Positions 1-11,300 of a DNA stretch of 64,000 bases are shown in pieces. The translations under genes and the position numbers were made by a program. This DNA is from Toensbergia leucococca (Eukaryota), in contig JALDZS010000025.1 in NCBI GenBank assembly GCA_022813965.1, positions 1 through 64,000 of the forward strand, in the 5' to 3' direction. The number at the start of each line of letters is the position of its first letter. Positions within the stretch are counted from its first letter, which is position 1. Below the pieces are notes generated by a model. It saw only the letters and a program-made list of their open reading frames with translations. It did not search any database and was not told the DNA's origin.

Positions 1-42
1 GCATGATCCTCCTCCACCTCACCGGCCTCCCTACTCCGTCCG

Positions 43-193
43 TCTCACCCTCACTCTCACCCTCACTCTCACCCTCACTCTCACCCTCACCCTCACTCTC
101 ACCCTCACTCTCACCCTCACTCTCACCCTCACTCTCACCCTCACTCTCACCCTCACTCTCACCCTCACTCTCACCCTCACTCTCACCCTCACC
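43..193. repeat. 12-bp tandem repeat (CTCACCCTCACT)n made of alternating CCCTCA/CTCTCA hexamers
   Basis: About 12 near-perfect units are directly visible, with one 6-bp slip near 85-90. It explains the SPSL and VRVR ORFs. Confidence 0.95.
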
Positions 194-702
194 CGCAGCC
201 CTGCCCCTGACACCGAATGAAGGTGAGAATTTAATTCATGACCGATGAAGGTAAGGATGTGCGACAGATGGAGGTGAGGATGTGTGATAGATAGGGTAGG
301 TGAGTAGGTAGGTAGGTAACAGGGTCCGAGATTGAGTCAGAATGGGATGGAAATTGGGTCAAAATGAGGTCCAAAGCCATGAAGATTCCCTAGTTAGTTC
401 TACTACTAAATGGCACGCACTTGAGGAGGTAGCAAAAGAGGCAGAGAATTGGGTACAAATGTGCTGCGGAATTGCGATAATTCCCCAAGGTAAGGTACGA
501 GTATGCGCCCGGGGTCTCACTAACGCCTAATTAGGTAAGGTGAGGAGGGGGTGGTCCAGGTATCAATACCTTACCTTACCCTTTAGAAAAGGTTTAGAAA
601 AGGTAGATTACTTCAAGCGAATTTCGTCGATTTCGCACCACAAAGACGAGAACATACCAAAATCAACCCTTGACTAGCCATCATTCTACAGAACATATCA
701 AC

Positions 703-1230
703 ATGTCAATCTCGGAGCTTGCGGTCTCGTACGCCGCTTTGATTCTTGCAGACGATGATAGCGAAATCACTGTAAGCACAGAGCACTTTAATTGACTATA
801 TTTCGTGGCCAAACATTTGTTCAAGTTGCAACCGCTGATTTAGCAACGTAGCCCGACAAACTTCAAACCATCATCAAAACAGCAAAGCTCGACGAGGTGG
901 AGTCGATATGGACAATTCTTTTTGCAAAGGTATAGGCTAAACAAGATCTGACATGAGCTGTGGCCTGTGTTGATTGACAATCTAGGCACTTGAGGGGAAG
1001 AACGTCAAGGATATGCTTCTCAATGTTGGATCGGGAGGAGGAGCTGCTGCGGCACCTACGAGTGGTGCAACTGGAGGAGCTGCTGCTGATGCCCCGGCAG
1101 AGGAAGCAAAGGAGGAGAAGGAAGAAGGTACGCTTTCTCCGAACAGTCCATCTAAATCGTGCTCTCATACTGAATGCCATCAGAGAAGGAGGAGTCAGAC
1201 GAAGATATGGGCTTCGGTCTCTTCGACTAA
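703..1230 (+). CDS. RPP1: 60S acidic ribosomal protein P1 (4 exons)
   Basis: Spliced translation [68 protein letters not shown]...[13 protein letters not shown]. Canonical P-protein C-terminus and three GT-AG introns. Confidence 0.96.
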
Positions 1231-1684
1231 GCCTTGTGTATCTGTCCTTCCTGCTTTTGTCAAATAAATCTGCACCTAACTTCGAAATGGCTATGAAAGA
1301 ATCACTACTCCATTGCTTGAAAAGATTGCGGAGTCTCAGTATCGGTCTTGATGCGGCTATTCTTTCTGAGGCGCACATACAAAACCACCTAATTGGCGTC
1401 GTATAGATGTTTTTATGCTAGCACCAACTGGAGACTTTTGATACTGTCCTCAGTAGTCGATTTGAGTTGAATGTATGCGCAGATCACTGGATAATTTCAG
1501 CACTTGGTAATCTTACTCCTTGGAGCTGAGCGTCATCCTGTGCAAGTGTTTCGATTCGAATATTCTACAAAATGCTCTTCACTGTCTACGTGAACCGTAG
1601 AGCCCTATTCCAATGAGCCTACCTACTCAACATGAATTGACTACATGCAGTGAAACCCAGTGCTGTGGCTTCAGTAGCAGCCGT

Positions 1685-2930
1685 TCATTCTATGGCCGAT
1701 GAGATTTTGTCATGATTGTTCTTCGTATAAAGATGAAATTGAATGAATATTAGGATGTCTTCACCCATCGTTCCTGGAAAAACTTTAATTGACATGTTTA
1801 TACCACGCGCCTGAGTTCATAGGTCAAAACTTACCTAAAGAACCAACAAGCCAGGGAAGATTGTTGAGAACGTATCGATGATTCGTAGAGTGAAACAATA
1901 TCTAATAAAGGTTAGGATAATCATGAGCTTTCTTATGTCTAAAACTTGTTTACACTGCTGCCGTATGTAGCATTGCCCAAGAGTGAGAGCATGAAGAACA
2001 GAAGTGATAAGCCTAGGACCGTCAAGTTTGAATCAGTCAAAAATGTAGATTCTCAGATGGAACCAAGATAGAAAAAATACCTTCGCAGGATTGTTCCTTG
2101 TGGTTCTTGACAATTTGGGGTATCCTAGCTCTTTGAAGAGAACTCTTCGTGAGCATAGTTCTACACTCAAGTAAAAGATATCTGTGTACCCTAAGTAGCA
2201 GACGGCTGACAGGTAACCTAATATCTCAGCACCCACCACGGCACGCACGGTGCCATCATTTCCGTCTTCAGCGGTAGGAGTCCAAACGCCAGTGCTCCAA
2301 GCAACAAACCAACCAGCAGCACCGGCCACGCATACAAGCAAAATACTCACGCCATGTCTCAGCCATGACCGACGGAACTCGTCTTCTTCTGAGATAGCAG
2401 GCAAAGAACTGCTCATCAAATTCGAACCACGGCGCGATTGAGAAGCGGAAGATGGCCGTCTGGATCCAGGTAGGCCAATGTCACTGCCCCTTCGGATGAG
2501 CAATGGCTGATTGGGGCTTTCCGAAGTGACTTCGGATGGGACTGCGGACTGCTTGAGGGACGACTTGCGAGCATTGAGAAACTTATAATACAGGCACTGA
2601 ATAATGAGTATGAGGTCGGCAACGCAAAAGTACACCGCTAATGTGATGACTGTAGGCACAAGGCCAGCCCATACGGCACCGACGAAGTTGGCAATATCGC
2701 CTACAAACCAGACGAATAGAAAAGCAAGTGAAATCCCCTCCCCGCTCTGTAAACGGAAGTTCTCGATTAATTGTGGTACCTGGTCACATACTGTTAGTCT
2801 AAGCCAATCGGCAGGGAGCCAATATCACCGAAACAAAAATCCACGATGCTAAAGAAATGGAACCGAAGATACCAGACAAGGCTTCGTGGGTTTTCAAGAC
2901 AGTCAGAGCTCGTGCAATGTCGAAGGTCAT
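1685..2930 (-). CDS. PQ-loop vacuolar cationic amino-acid transporter (Ypq/PQLC2 family), multi-exon
   Basis: EALSGIFGSISLASWIF / VPQLIENFRLQSGEGISLAFLFVWFVGDIANFVG, a second loop GYLSAVCYL..RIPQI, GLSLLFFMLSLLGN, and a C-terminal GEDILIFIQFHLY. ATG at 2930, TGA at 1685. Confidence 0.9.
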
Positions 2931-3403
2931 GGTGATCGAATTAGGAGGCTTGATATACCCAAGCGTACGCCATCAAGCAACTTAGGGCGATTGACAAAGC
3001 TGTCACTCCCGTTGTTTTCGAGAGACTTACCTGAGCTATCTCTCGACTTTCTGCTCAGAGTGATTTTCGATACTAGATATCCGTAGATACCTAGAATACA
3101 GGGAGTTAGCGTAAGATACAGCTATTTTTAGTACGGAGTATTGGGTATCCCTTGTTATTTCCTCCGCGTCAGTCAAATTTTCACATCTCACACCTCGTCC
3201 TATCCATCATCACACGGTCGTTACCATCATTGCTACCGTCTCTGAGCTTAGCACTGCTTTCATTTCATAGTATTTTGAAACTCTTATCTTCGAAATAAGA
3301 GCACCTAGGAACTTAATCAGAGCACCCAGCAATCTCTCTCTGTTCTAAGGTGACATTGCCTCCTATCAACCACCATTCGACCCCGTCTTGGGTCAGAAGC
3401 ACC

Positions 3404-4279
3404 ATGCGTCTAATTTTGCCCCTATCGACGATTCTGTCATTAGCATCTGCTTTTAATGTCGATGCCGCTCTACAATATCGACAGAATCCTCCTCTAGGTA
3501 CAGGAGCCTCGGCTAGTTCTGCGGCCGCTTCTTCAACAGCTGCCACCACTACTGCATCTGCTGCTGTTTCAGCTGTAGCTTCCGATACCTCCACCTTGAC
3601 GTCAACCGACCCTACGGTAATAGCATCCACATCTTCGATGTCCATAGCGGAAACGAGCGAAACCCCGACTGCAATTGCAACCTCAACGCAAGTTTCAACA
3701 GATACAATCTCGCAAGCTGTCTCCACAGACTCTGCCTTGCCGTCCTCATCGCCCTCATCAGCAACGACTAGCCGGCAAATTTCATCTGCAGATTCCTCGT
3801 CATCTGAATCTGGGCATTCAACAGCCACCACAACTGCACTCATCAGCAGCAAAACCCAGCAATATGTCACAACAGTGCTTACTGTCAGTGGAAGCAGTAC
3901 GTTGTCTCAAGTTCTGACCACTAGCGCTCTTCTCGCTGTTACCACCGCTTCAAGCGCGTCCACCACAACCCCTAGCCTTGTGGGGAACACTGGAAATTCG
4001 GGTAGCTCAGGTCTCGGGGCGTCTCAGAAGCGGACTATCATTGGTGTCGTTGTCGGTGTTGGCGGTGCAATTATTCTTGGCGGCATCGCAGTTGTTGTCT
4101 GGCGAATTTGGGGTAGAAGACGGCATTCAGCTGGTGAGAACGATGACTTGATGAATTCACCGACTGGATCATCAGGCAGGGAAAAAAGAAGTAGTTTCAG
4201 TGACAACACTCCATTCCGATCGACCTTGGATCAATATCATACCCCGGCAGGCCCGGTCAACAAAGCGGCGAACTTCTAG
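3404..4279 (+). CDS. Ser/Thr-rich type I membrane cell-surface protein (Mid2-like cell wall sensor architecture)
   Basis: Signal peptide MRLILPLSTILSLASA, long S/T/A ectodomain, TM IIGVVVGVGGAIILGGIAVVVWRIW, cytoplasmic tail PFRSTLDQYH..NKAANF. Intronless. Confidence 0.85.
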   Translation: MRLILPLSTILSLASAFNVDAALQYRQNPPLGTGASASSAAASSTAATTTASAAVSAVASDTSTLTSTDPTVIASTSSMSIAETSETPTAIATSTQVSTDTISQAVSTDSALPSSSPSSATTSRQISSADSSSSESGHSTATTTALISSKTQQYVTTVLTVSGSSTLSQVLTTSALLAVTTASSASTTTPSLVGNTGNSGSSGLGASQKRTIIGVVVGVGGAIILGGIAVVVWRIWGRRRHSAGENDDLMNSPTGSSGREKRSSFSDNTPFRSTLDQYHTPAGPVNKAANF

Positions 4280-4844
4280 CCCATGTTCAGTATCGGCTAC
4301 GTGTTGTTATTGGGGTTTGCTGTGAGAAACGGCTGCCCTCCTTGTGCCCGACACTAGATTGCGCGCGTAATTGGAAATTACTTCTTAAGGATGGATACGA
4401 ATTTCTTTTATCACAGCATTGATTGCGAGGGCGCGAGATCACGAAAACGGTATCCGGATCGACGGTGTAATAACACCATGAGTATGTTGTAAGTGTCAAC
4501 TTTCAATGGGTTTGAAAGGCGTTGGTTCAGAGGATGTGGACCAGCACTTTGCACAGGACATTTCTTACGCGCTATGATTAAATAGCGTCTTCTCTACCTA
4601 AATACTGCTCATCGGATTTCGTTAGGGCGTCTGGGCGTCAAACATAATGTTGACCGAGTGATAATAAAGCGCTGTACAATTCGCGGTCACGAATTAATCA
4701 TTATAGACCTCGAGGACTTATGTGTCCTTGAGACCACTACGCAATTCACAACCCAGACCGGCCATCATTTACTTGCAACAAGTCGCTGGTAGTAAGAAGT
4801 TAGTATTCACATTTAAGGTACGGATAATCCAGACTCTCCCTCGG

Positions 4845-4865
4845 ACGCGTTTAGCCGCTACGCGT
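4845..4865. promoter_or_regulatory. Two MCB (ACGCGT) boxes upstream of the gene at 5004
   Basis: ACGCGT at 4845-4850 and 4860-4865, about 140 bp before the ATG. Confidence 0.45.
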
Positions 4866-5003
4866 ACCCCGCGACTAGACCTGTAGCCAAAATATTAACG
4901 CACAACTGCACAACTACCTACCACACTACGTAGTGTACTCTTCCTCTCTGGAATACTAATCAGTCATCGCCACCTGGAACCCTGAACTGTCCGAGTTGAA
5001 GAC

Positions 5004-5787
5004 ATGTTCTCAGTCAGCCCACATTATTGTAGCTCAGACTTTACGTCTTTCCGAATATCGTCACTTACAGCTCAAAGTCCGAGTGGTTGCTTTGGGTTCT
5101 CGCCAGTAACCTCACAGATGTCGCCGCCGTCAAGAGAAACTACCAAAAGAACTTCTCGACTCACGCGCCGGCAGAATAGCCATCCTTTGGTACGAAGGAA
5201 AGATTTCGAGCCGGACCAAAGGCGTGATATGTTCCTCCGAAGAATCCGTCAAACTAGTGAAAATCGGAATTGGGGTTCTCGAGGCGACCAGGTATACCCT
5301 TACATTTATATATATAGAAATCCTCGCTGATGCATTCTGGCATATATAGATCCTCAGGAGTGATTTCATCTCGCGACAAAGGCAGTGGGAAGCGGAGAAA
5401 GCGTGTTCAGCACCGGAGGCCCCGGCTGCGCCAGAAGAGGAGGAGATATATGCAAACGTGGATGACTGGCTTACCTCGAGACACGGTGAGACGTTCACTA
5501 AATCTCTCTTCGCCATACTAAGACTTATTTCCGTAGATTTAGACATGGTGGACAAGATTCTGTTAGAAGAGGATCAAGAAGTTGAGGCGCTTGTGGCCTT
5601 GATGTTGGATGAAGCTCGGGGAAATCATGACTGGGGAGAAAAGTCGATAGATTATGGTAGCGGGGACGAGGAATATGACCGATTGTTCGCGGAAGTCATT
5701 TCGAAAATAGAAGGAGAACGTGAAGGCACGGCTTGCTCATCTAAGACTTTGCCTGAAGCTCAAGACATGGATACGTCAGTGGGCTAA
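5004..5787 (+). CDS. Conserved-looking fungal hypothetical protein (2 exons)
   Basis: Exon 1 ends RRDMFLRRIRQTSENRNWGSRGDQ. Intron GTATAC...GCTGAT...TAG at ~5292-5349. Exon 2 is acidic: ILRSDFISRQRQWEAEK...EEDQEVEALVALM...DYGSGDEEYDRLF. Confidence 0.75.
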
Positions 5788-5979
5788 TTTTTGCTATTCT
5801 CAATGCAGCGTAGGACAAGATTGGTCCATATCAGAGGAGTGGGGAGGCAATCAAGACGAAGTACAGATACCCAAGGCGTCCACAAAATATACCGTGACAT
5901 GTTTCGTGGCAGACGCAGCAATTTGGGCACTCAGCACACTATCTTGGCACAAAGCGTTACTTATCAAAACGTTGCCTTG

Positions 5980-7038
5980 TTATTGTTGAGGACAGCCTGA
6001 GTCTAGATCACCCAAAGCCTCTTGCGCAGCATTCATATCGCCTACGAGGTCCGCCGGAGGGCTGCCTGCAGCTTGCATCTGTAGACTTCGTCTAAGTGAC
6101 ACGAAGATTGAATATCGAGATATAGAAGCTTACCTGTTGCATTCTCTCCACGATGAATTCTCTATCGGTGGGGTTTGAATCTGAATATCCCTTGGCCTCG
6201 AACTTGCCCACAATCTCTCCCACTAATCTTTGTTGCTCTTCATACCTTCTCAAATCCCCGCGATCAGTGCTGCTTCCGTTCTTACTCATCCAGGCAGGGA
6301 ATTTTTCATGCAGCTCTTTCATTGGCTCGTATAAGATGTCTCTGTTCGTCAACTGTTCCATCATACCCATGAGCATCTTTGAAAACTTTCCCTCGTCTCC
6401 TGCACCGTTGATGTCGCCGCCTTCCATTTCTTTTAGCATTTGTGCAAGGATGTCCTCGGAGTCTTCCGAAGCCGCCGCCGCAGCCTGCTCTCCTGATGCC
6501 TGCATTCGTTCCATAGTCTTTCTTATAGTCTCCTGAAAGGGTTCTTCCGCGCCCGATGAAGAAGTTGCTGTGTTAGCTGTAACCCCTGAGCTTGACCCCA
6601 AACCCGCCTTTGGCTCCGAGTCCACGGCCGCACCTATTTCCTGCATCATAACTTCGATCTCTTGCCGCACTCCAGGTGACTCGTCTATTTCTCCCATCAA
6701 TGCCGCCATCTGCTCCTGAAGCTGTTTGCTGAAATCACTGGTAACCGCATCCGAGAGCCCAGGGGTAACGTGATTCTCAACTCGTTCAGGCACAACCGAC
6801 TTTGGGGCGTTGGACTTGCTATCAACGGTTGCAGCCGAAAACTCATCAAGCATATCTATTGAGACGGTCAGCTGCACGACCATCTGAGAGTCTGGAATGG
6901 GAGATGGATGCCGTCCAAGTCATCTAAATCATCTTCATCTGGGTCTGGCACATTGTCGGGAGTGTGCTGGGCTATGGTTGTATTCAAGCTCTTGGTCTCT
7001 GCGTCTTGCACACTCTCCAGGCCTCCCATCTTCTCCAT
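5980..7038 (-). CDS. PEX19: Peroxisomal membrane protein chaperone/import receptor Pex19 (3 exons)
   Basis: PDPDEDDLDDLD/DMLDEF N-terminus, MMEQLTNRDILYEPMKELHEKFPAW, MQQ/MQAAGSPP, and C-terminal CaaX-like CPQQ*. Confidence 0.95.
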
Positions 7039-7901
7039 GATGACGGGTATACTTATGCATGAACAGGAGATCCTGATTCTAGGTAGACGTATTCACGGAA
7101 AGTGATGACCTCCATCAGTTATGCATAGAAAGTAAAATTTGGCCCGCAGTTGGTGGGGGAAATGTGGTGGGGGTGCGTCGTCTAAATACTTCAACTTGCT
7201 CAAGCAAACAATCATTCACTTTGCGCCCGAGGGCTTGTAACAGGGAGCTCTGACTTCCCCTAACCTAAGGAGCGTAACCGTCACTGTCATGGTACTAACC
7301 AAATTGAGTAATAATTTGGATGTAATCTACGCTTATTCCTCATGTTATCAAAGTTACCATATCTTACAATTCTTTTGCATCAAACGCATACTCAGTTATC
7401 AATCACCTAGATTTCTACCTTATCTATCTGTTCACCTATCTACCTACCTACCTACCTACCTAGAGAAAATGTGACAATTTCACATACAATTCCCTCATAC
7501 CTACTAATGAAAGAATTAATAAGTATAATAAATAACATGATAGAATTACTAAAGATTAAGTACCTAGCAGAGAAACAAGCTATCTATATAGATAAAATAT
7601 AAGAGATTCTCAGTCACATATGATGTAACCTTGCATTTAAATCAGATCCTTAATTGATAATTTTAACACTTTCTCTTAAACAAGAACCTGTGTATTTACT
7701 TCTTTAAGTCTTTTTATCTCTCTTCAAAACAGTATAATTAAATAGCTTATAATAATAAAACAAATAATAAATAAATAATATTGACATTTAATATTCTCTG
7801 CATTGTTTACAGCAGTAGATAAATAGCTAACTGACAATTATAAATAAGTAACAATAATAAGTGAGTGACAATAATAGGTGAGTGATAATAATAGTGATTA
7901 A

Positions 7902-8108
7902 TGTTAACATTTAATCTTCTTTGTGTCATTTACAGCAAATAAACAATAGTTAACTAATGTTAATATTTAATCTTCTCTGTGTTATTTATAACAAATAGAT
8001 AATAGTTAACTGATATTGATATTTAATCTTCTCTGTATTATTCACAGCAAATAGATAATAGTTAACTAATGTTAACATTTAATCTTCTCTGTGTTATCTG
8101 CAGCAATA
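7902..8108. repeat. 56-bp minisatellite (~3.6 copies, plus a degenerate copy at ~7779-7835) inside the TRIM-like element
   Basis: Units start at 7902, 7958, 8014 and 8070 (TGTTAACATTTAATCTTCTCTGTG...ATAGTTAACTAA). Shorter ~17-bp repeats lie at 7850-7897. Confidence 0.88.
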
Positions 8109-8147
8109 GAACAAATAATAAATAACTGATGTTAAAATGTAATAGTA

Positions 8148-8363
8148 TATCACAGTTAGGTCTAGAGTCTAGTCATAGAGATACTATTAAAGAGAACATT
8201 AAAGGTAAAGATCTAAAAGTACAGAAGAGAAACACTGTATAAGTATTCAGCAGAGTGTCATTGAGTAATAACTGTGATATTTGACAACCTCACATGTCAA
8301 CTTCTAGCTCTTGTGTTGATCTTAATCTGTGCATAAGCTAGGATGCTAGAGTAAACTGTAACA
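8148..8363 (-). repeat. gypsy 3' LTR
   Basis: Matches 20779-20994. Plus-strand termini TA..CA, from an ancestral TG..CA. A purine tract is adjacent on the minus strand. Confidence 0.9.
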
Positions 8364-11300
8364 TTATCTTCTCTCACAAGTAAGTAATGCTCTCATTGCT
8401 TGTAAAGAATAAAAGAAAAGAAATGGAAAAAATAAAAAGAAAACACTTTTGTTGTGCAGAAAAAATTACTATGTCCCTGCTCATATCATATCAGAAGTTA
8501 TAAATTTGTATAAGAAAATTGACGCGCGCATACAAAAATGTGTATTCTGAAATTTTTTTCTGCAGTTCAGTGTGTGCAGGCATCTGACAGTCTAACAGAT
8601 ACTCAGTAAGTATATAAAAGAGAATCATTCATCTGTTTATCTTGATATCTGCTGACTTAGCTTGCAGAGATAAGAATTCAGACTGTCAGTTAACTTTTTA
8701 GTAAAAACCTTAGAGCAATTCTCTTAAGATGCTTAACAGTAACAGATCAAAGTTCTGAGTTCATTTAATTGAAGTCTTTAATAAAGACTTAACTGCGCTG
8801 CTTAACTCAGTTGCAGATAAGTTTTAAGTGACTTTCAGACATCAGAGAGCTAATTTTAACAGTGATGCAGATAAGGTTTAGACTTGTCTGAGTATTAAGC
8901 ATGAAATCTATTTATAAGTTCTTAAGAGTGCTTAAACTCATTGTTATTTACATTGTATCAGATGTTATCTCAGAGATAATTGTGTCATTTAACTTAGTAT
9001 TGAAGACAGCATTTAATATCAGTACAGTAAGAATCTATAATCTCATCTATCACTTATTTATCTTGATCATTAACTATCACTGATCTGAGAGAAGTGTTGA
9101 TCTGCTCAGAAAGAGAGTTTATGATGACAGCTTAGAGATGCATGACATAAAATACTGAGTGTATCTTTATAAAGGTTAAGAGCTCTAATCAGTAGATGAT
9201 TTCAATCTTCTGCAGAATCTTGTATGAGTTTATGTTCTTATTATTAAGCTTAAGGCATAGCCTCTTAATCTTGATGTTACAGTAATCAAGAAAGACCTTC
9301 TGACTTATCTTATAGATAACATCTTTGTGATAACAGTTAGCGTTGTTTATCATGATAGCTTAAGCTTATTGCAGTTGTTTCTACATGTATGTCAGATCAT
9401 CTTTCATAGTTTTAGTGATGTCTTCTGCTCAGTGAGCAAGAAGACACTCTTAGATACTTTTATAAGTAAATGTATTCAGGTTAAAACTCATTTGAGAGTA
9501 AAAACCTTTGTTTATAAAGAATAAAGACATTTCTGTAGTAGAGAAAACATTATTGTTATCTGCAAATTCTCTTATGAGTAAGTATCAGACTCAGTTATTC
9601 TAATATTAATTGCAATAAAGTCAGAGATAAGACTCTATATCTTGATGAATGCATTTAAATTGCTCATTCATCTGAGAGTAAAAGGTGATGCTCAGATAAA
9701 TATTGATAAACAGACACTTGCATAAGGTCTTTTATATGATAAACACAAACTAAAATCTGTGATTAAAAACAATAGAACTAACAGCTCATGCAGCTGAAAG
9801 ATATTCTAAATTATTATCTTTATAGTTTACTTCACAGAGATGCCATTCTCATTGATAGAGCATGATATATAGTGATGTTTCTTGCTAAGGCAGTCAATAA
9901 TGATAAGAATAATGTTCTTATCTTTCAATTTCAGAAGGGTAGTGATAAAATTTATGACAATGTTCTCTTAGTATTTTACAGAGATTGATAATGACTGCAG
10001 CAGCTCATTGAGTTTCTCTTTAAAGACCTTTGTCTGACAGCAATCATAATAGTTTTAACAGTAATGTTTTACAGAGACTCACAATCTGAGTTAGAAATAA
10101 TATTATTGTAGCAGAGCTTCTGTGTGAGTGATGTCTGAATAATCACTGACTAAAGAGTTATGAATCTTCTGAAGAATCTCAAGCCTTAACTGATTATCTG
10201 CTAAGACTCATAACTTGTCTTTACAGTAAAGAATATCATCTTTTAGAGAACATGCTCATAGATTAATGCTCTTTTAGTGTGTCTTGCCTTTTATTTAGAC
10301 TCTTTTAACTGTCAGACACTTCAAGTCAGTCTTGCTAACCTCTGCAGCTTATTTAAACAGAGAGAATAAGAGACTGTCTGAGTTATTCTTTAAATTAATC
10401 TTTAGAGCATGATCTTCTGTCAGATCATCAGTGACACTGAGAATATTTTCTTCTTCTAAGTTGAGAAACTTAAAGATTATAAGAGTCAGCTTTATTAAAG
10501 AAGTCTTTAATCAGTCAGTTATCAGTAGAGTCTGATGTTAATGCAACTTTTAAGAATCTTCATTATTTAGAGATAAAGAGCTGAGCAGTCTGTTTAGAGC
10601 ATCAGTCTCTGCATTCTGCAAACTCATTTAATATTGAATCTTGAAATTAAACTCAGAGAACTTTTTAACTCAATGAGTCTGTCTTCAGATCAGTTCTTTA
10701 CTTTTTATAAAGTAGATGAGAGCTTTATAATTAGTAAAGATCTTTATAGAAATTTTAGTACTCTTCAGATCAGACTGTTAATTTTTAAGACAATAAATAA
10801 TTGTCAGCAGCTCCTTATCATAGATCTCATAATTGCATTCTACAGATATAAGATTTTTACTAAAGAAGGTCACAGAGTGCAGCAGGTCATTATCTTTATA
10901 CTGAGATAAGATGTCTTCACTGACATCATTGAAGAAGTTACATTTTAGAATAACTGCCTGAGTTTGATCAAAATGAGTGAGCATCAGTAATTTTATCATT
11001 GTTTTCTTAAGCAGTTCAAAGGCTTTCTGACAGACATTCACTCACTCAAAATGTTTGTTCTTATTACTCAGCTGTGTCAGTGAGTGAGTGATTTTGTTAA
11101 AGTTCTTGATAAATCACTGAAAGAAGTTACAGAAGTTAATAAAGAACTGTATCTCTTTGAGACATCAAGAGATGTTTCAGTTAGTAATCACCTTAATCTT
11201 CTGAGGGTTTATTCTTAACTCATTAATAAAGATTAGCAAGTCTAAAAAGATAGTCTCTGTAATAAAGAACTCACTCTTTTTGATATTAATTTGCAGATTA

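Noticed and set aside
43..193. Telomere or CRISPR-like array
   Set aside because: Units are CCCTCA/CTCTCA rather than CCCTAA, there is unique sequence on both sides, and there are no spacers. The VRVR and SPSL ORFs follow from the repeat.
863..1406. ORFs 863-1378(-) and 990-1406(+)
   Set aside because: Shadow frames over the spliced RPP1 gene.
3313..3870. 185-aa minus-strand ORF
   Set aside because: Antisense shadow of the Ser/Thr-rich ectodomain codons.
7780..8110. Regularly spaced repeats resembling a CRISPR array
   Set aside because: Contiguous 56-bp tandem units without unique spacers, inside a eukaryotic LTR element.
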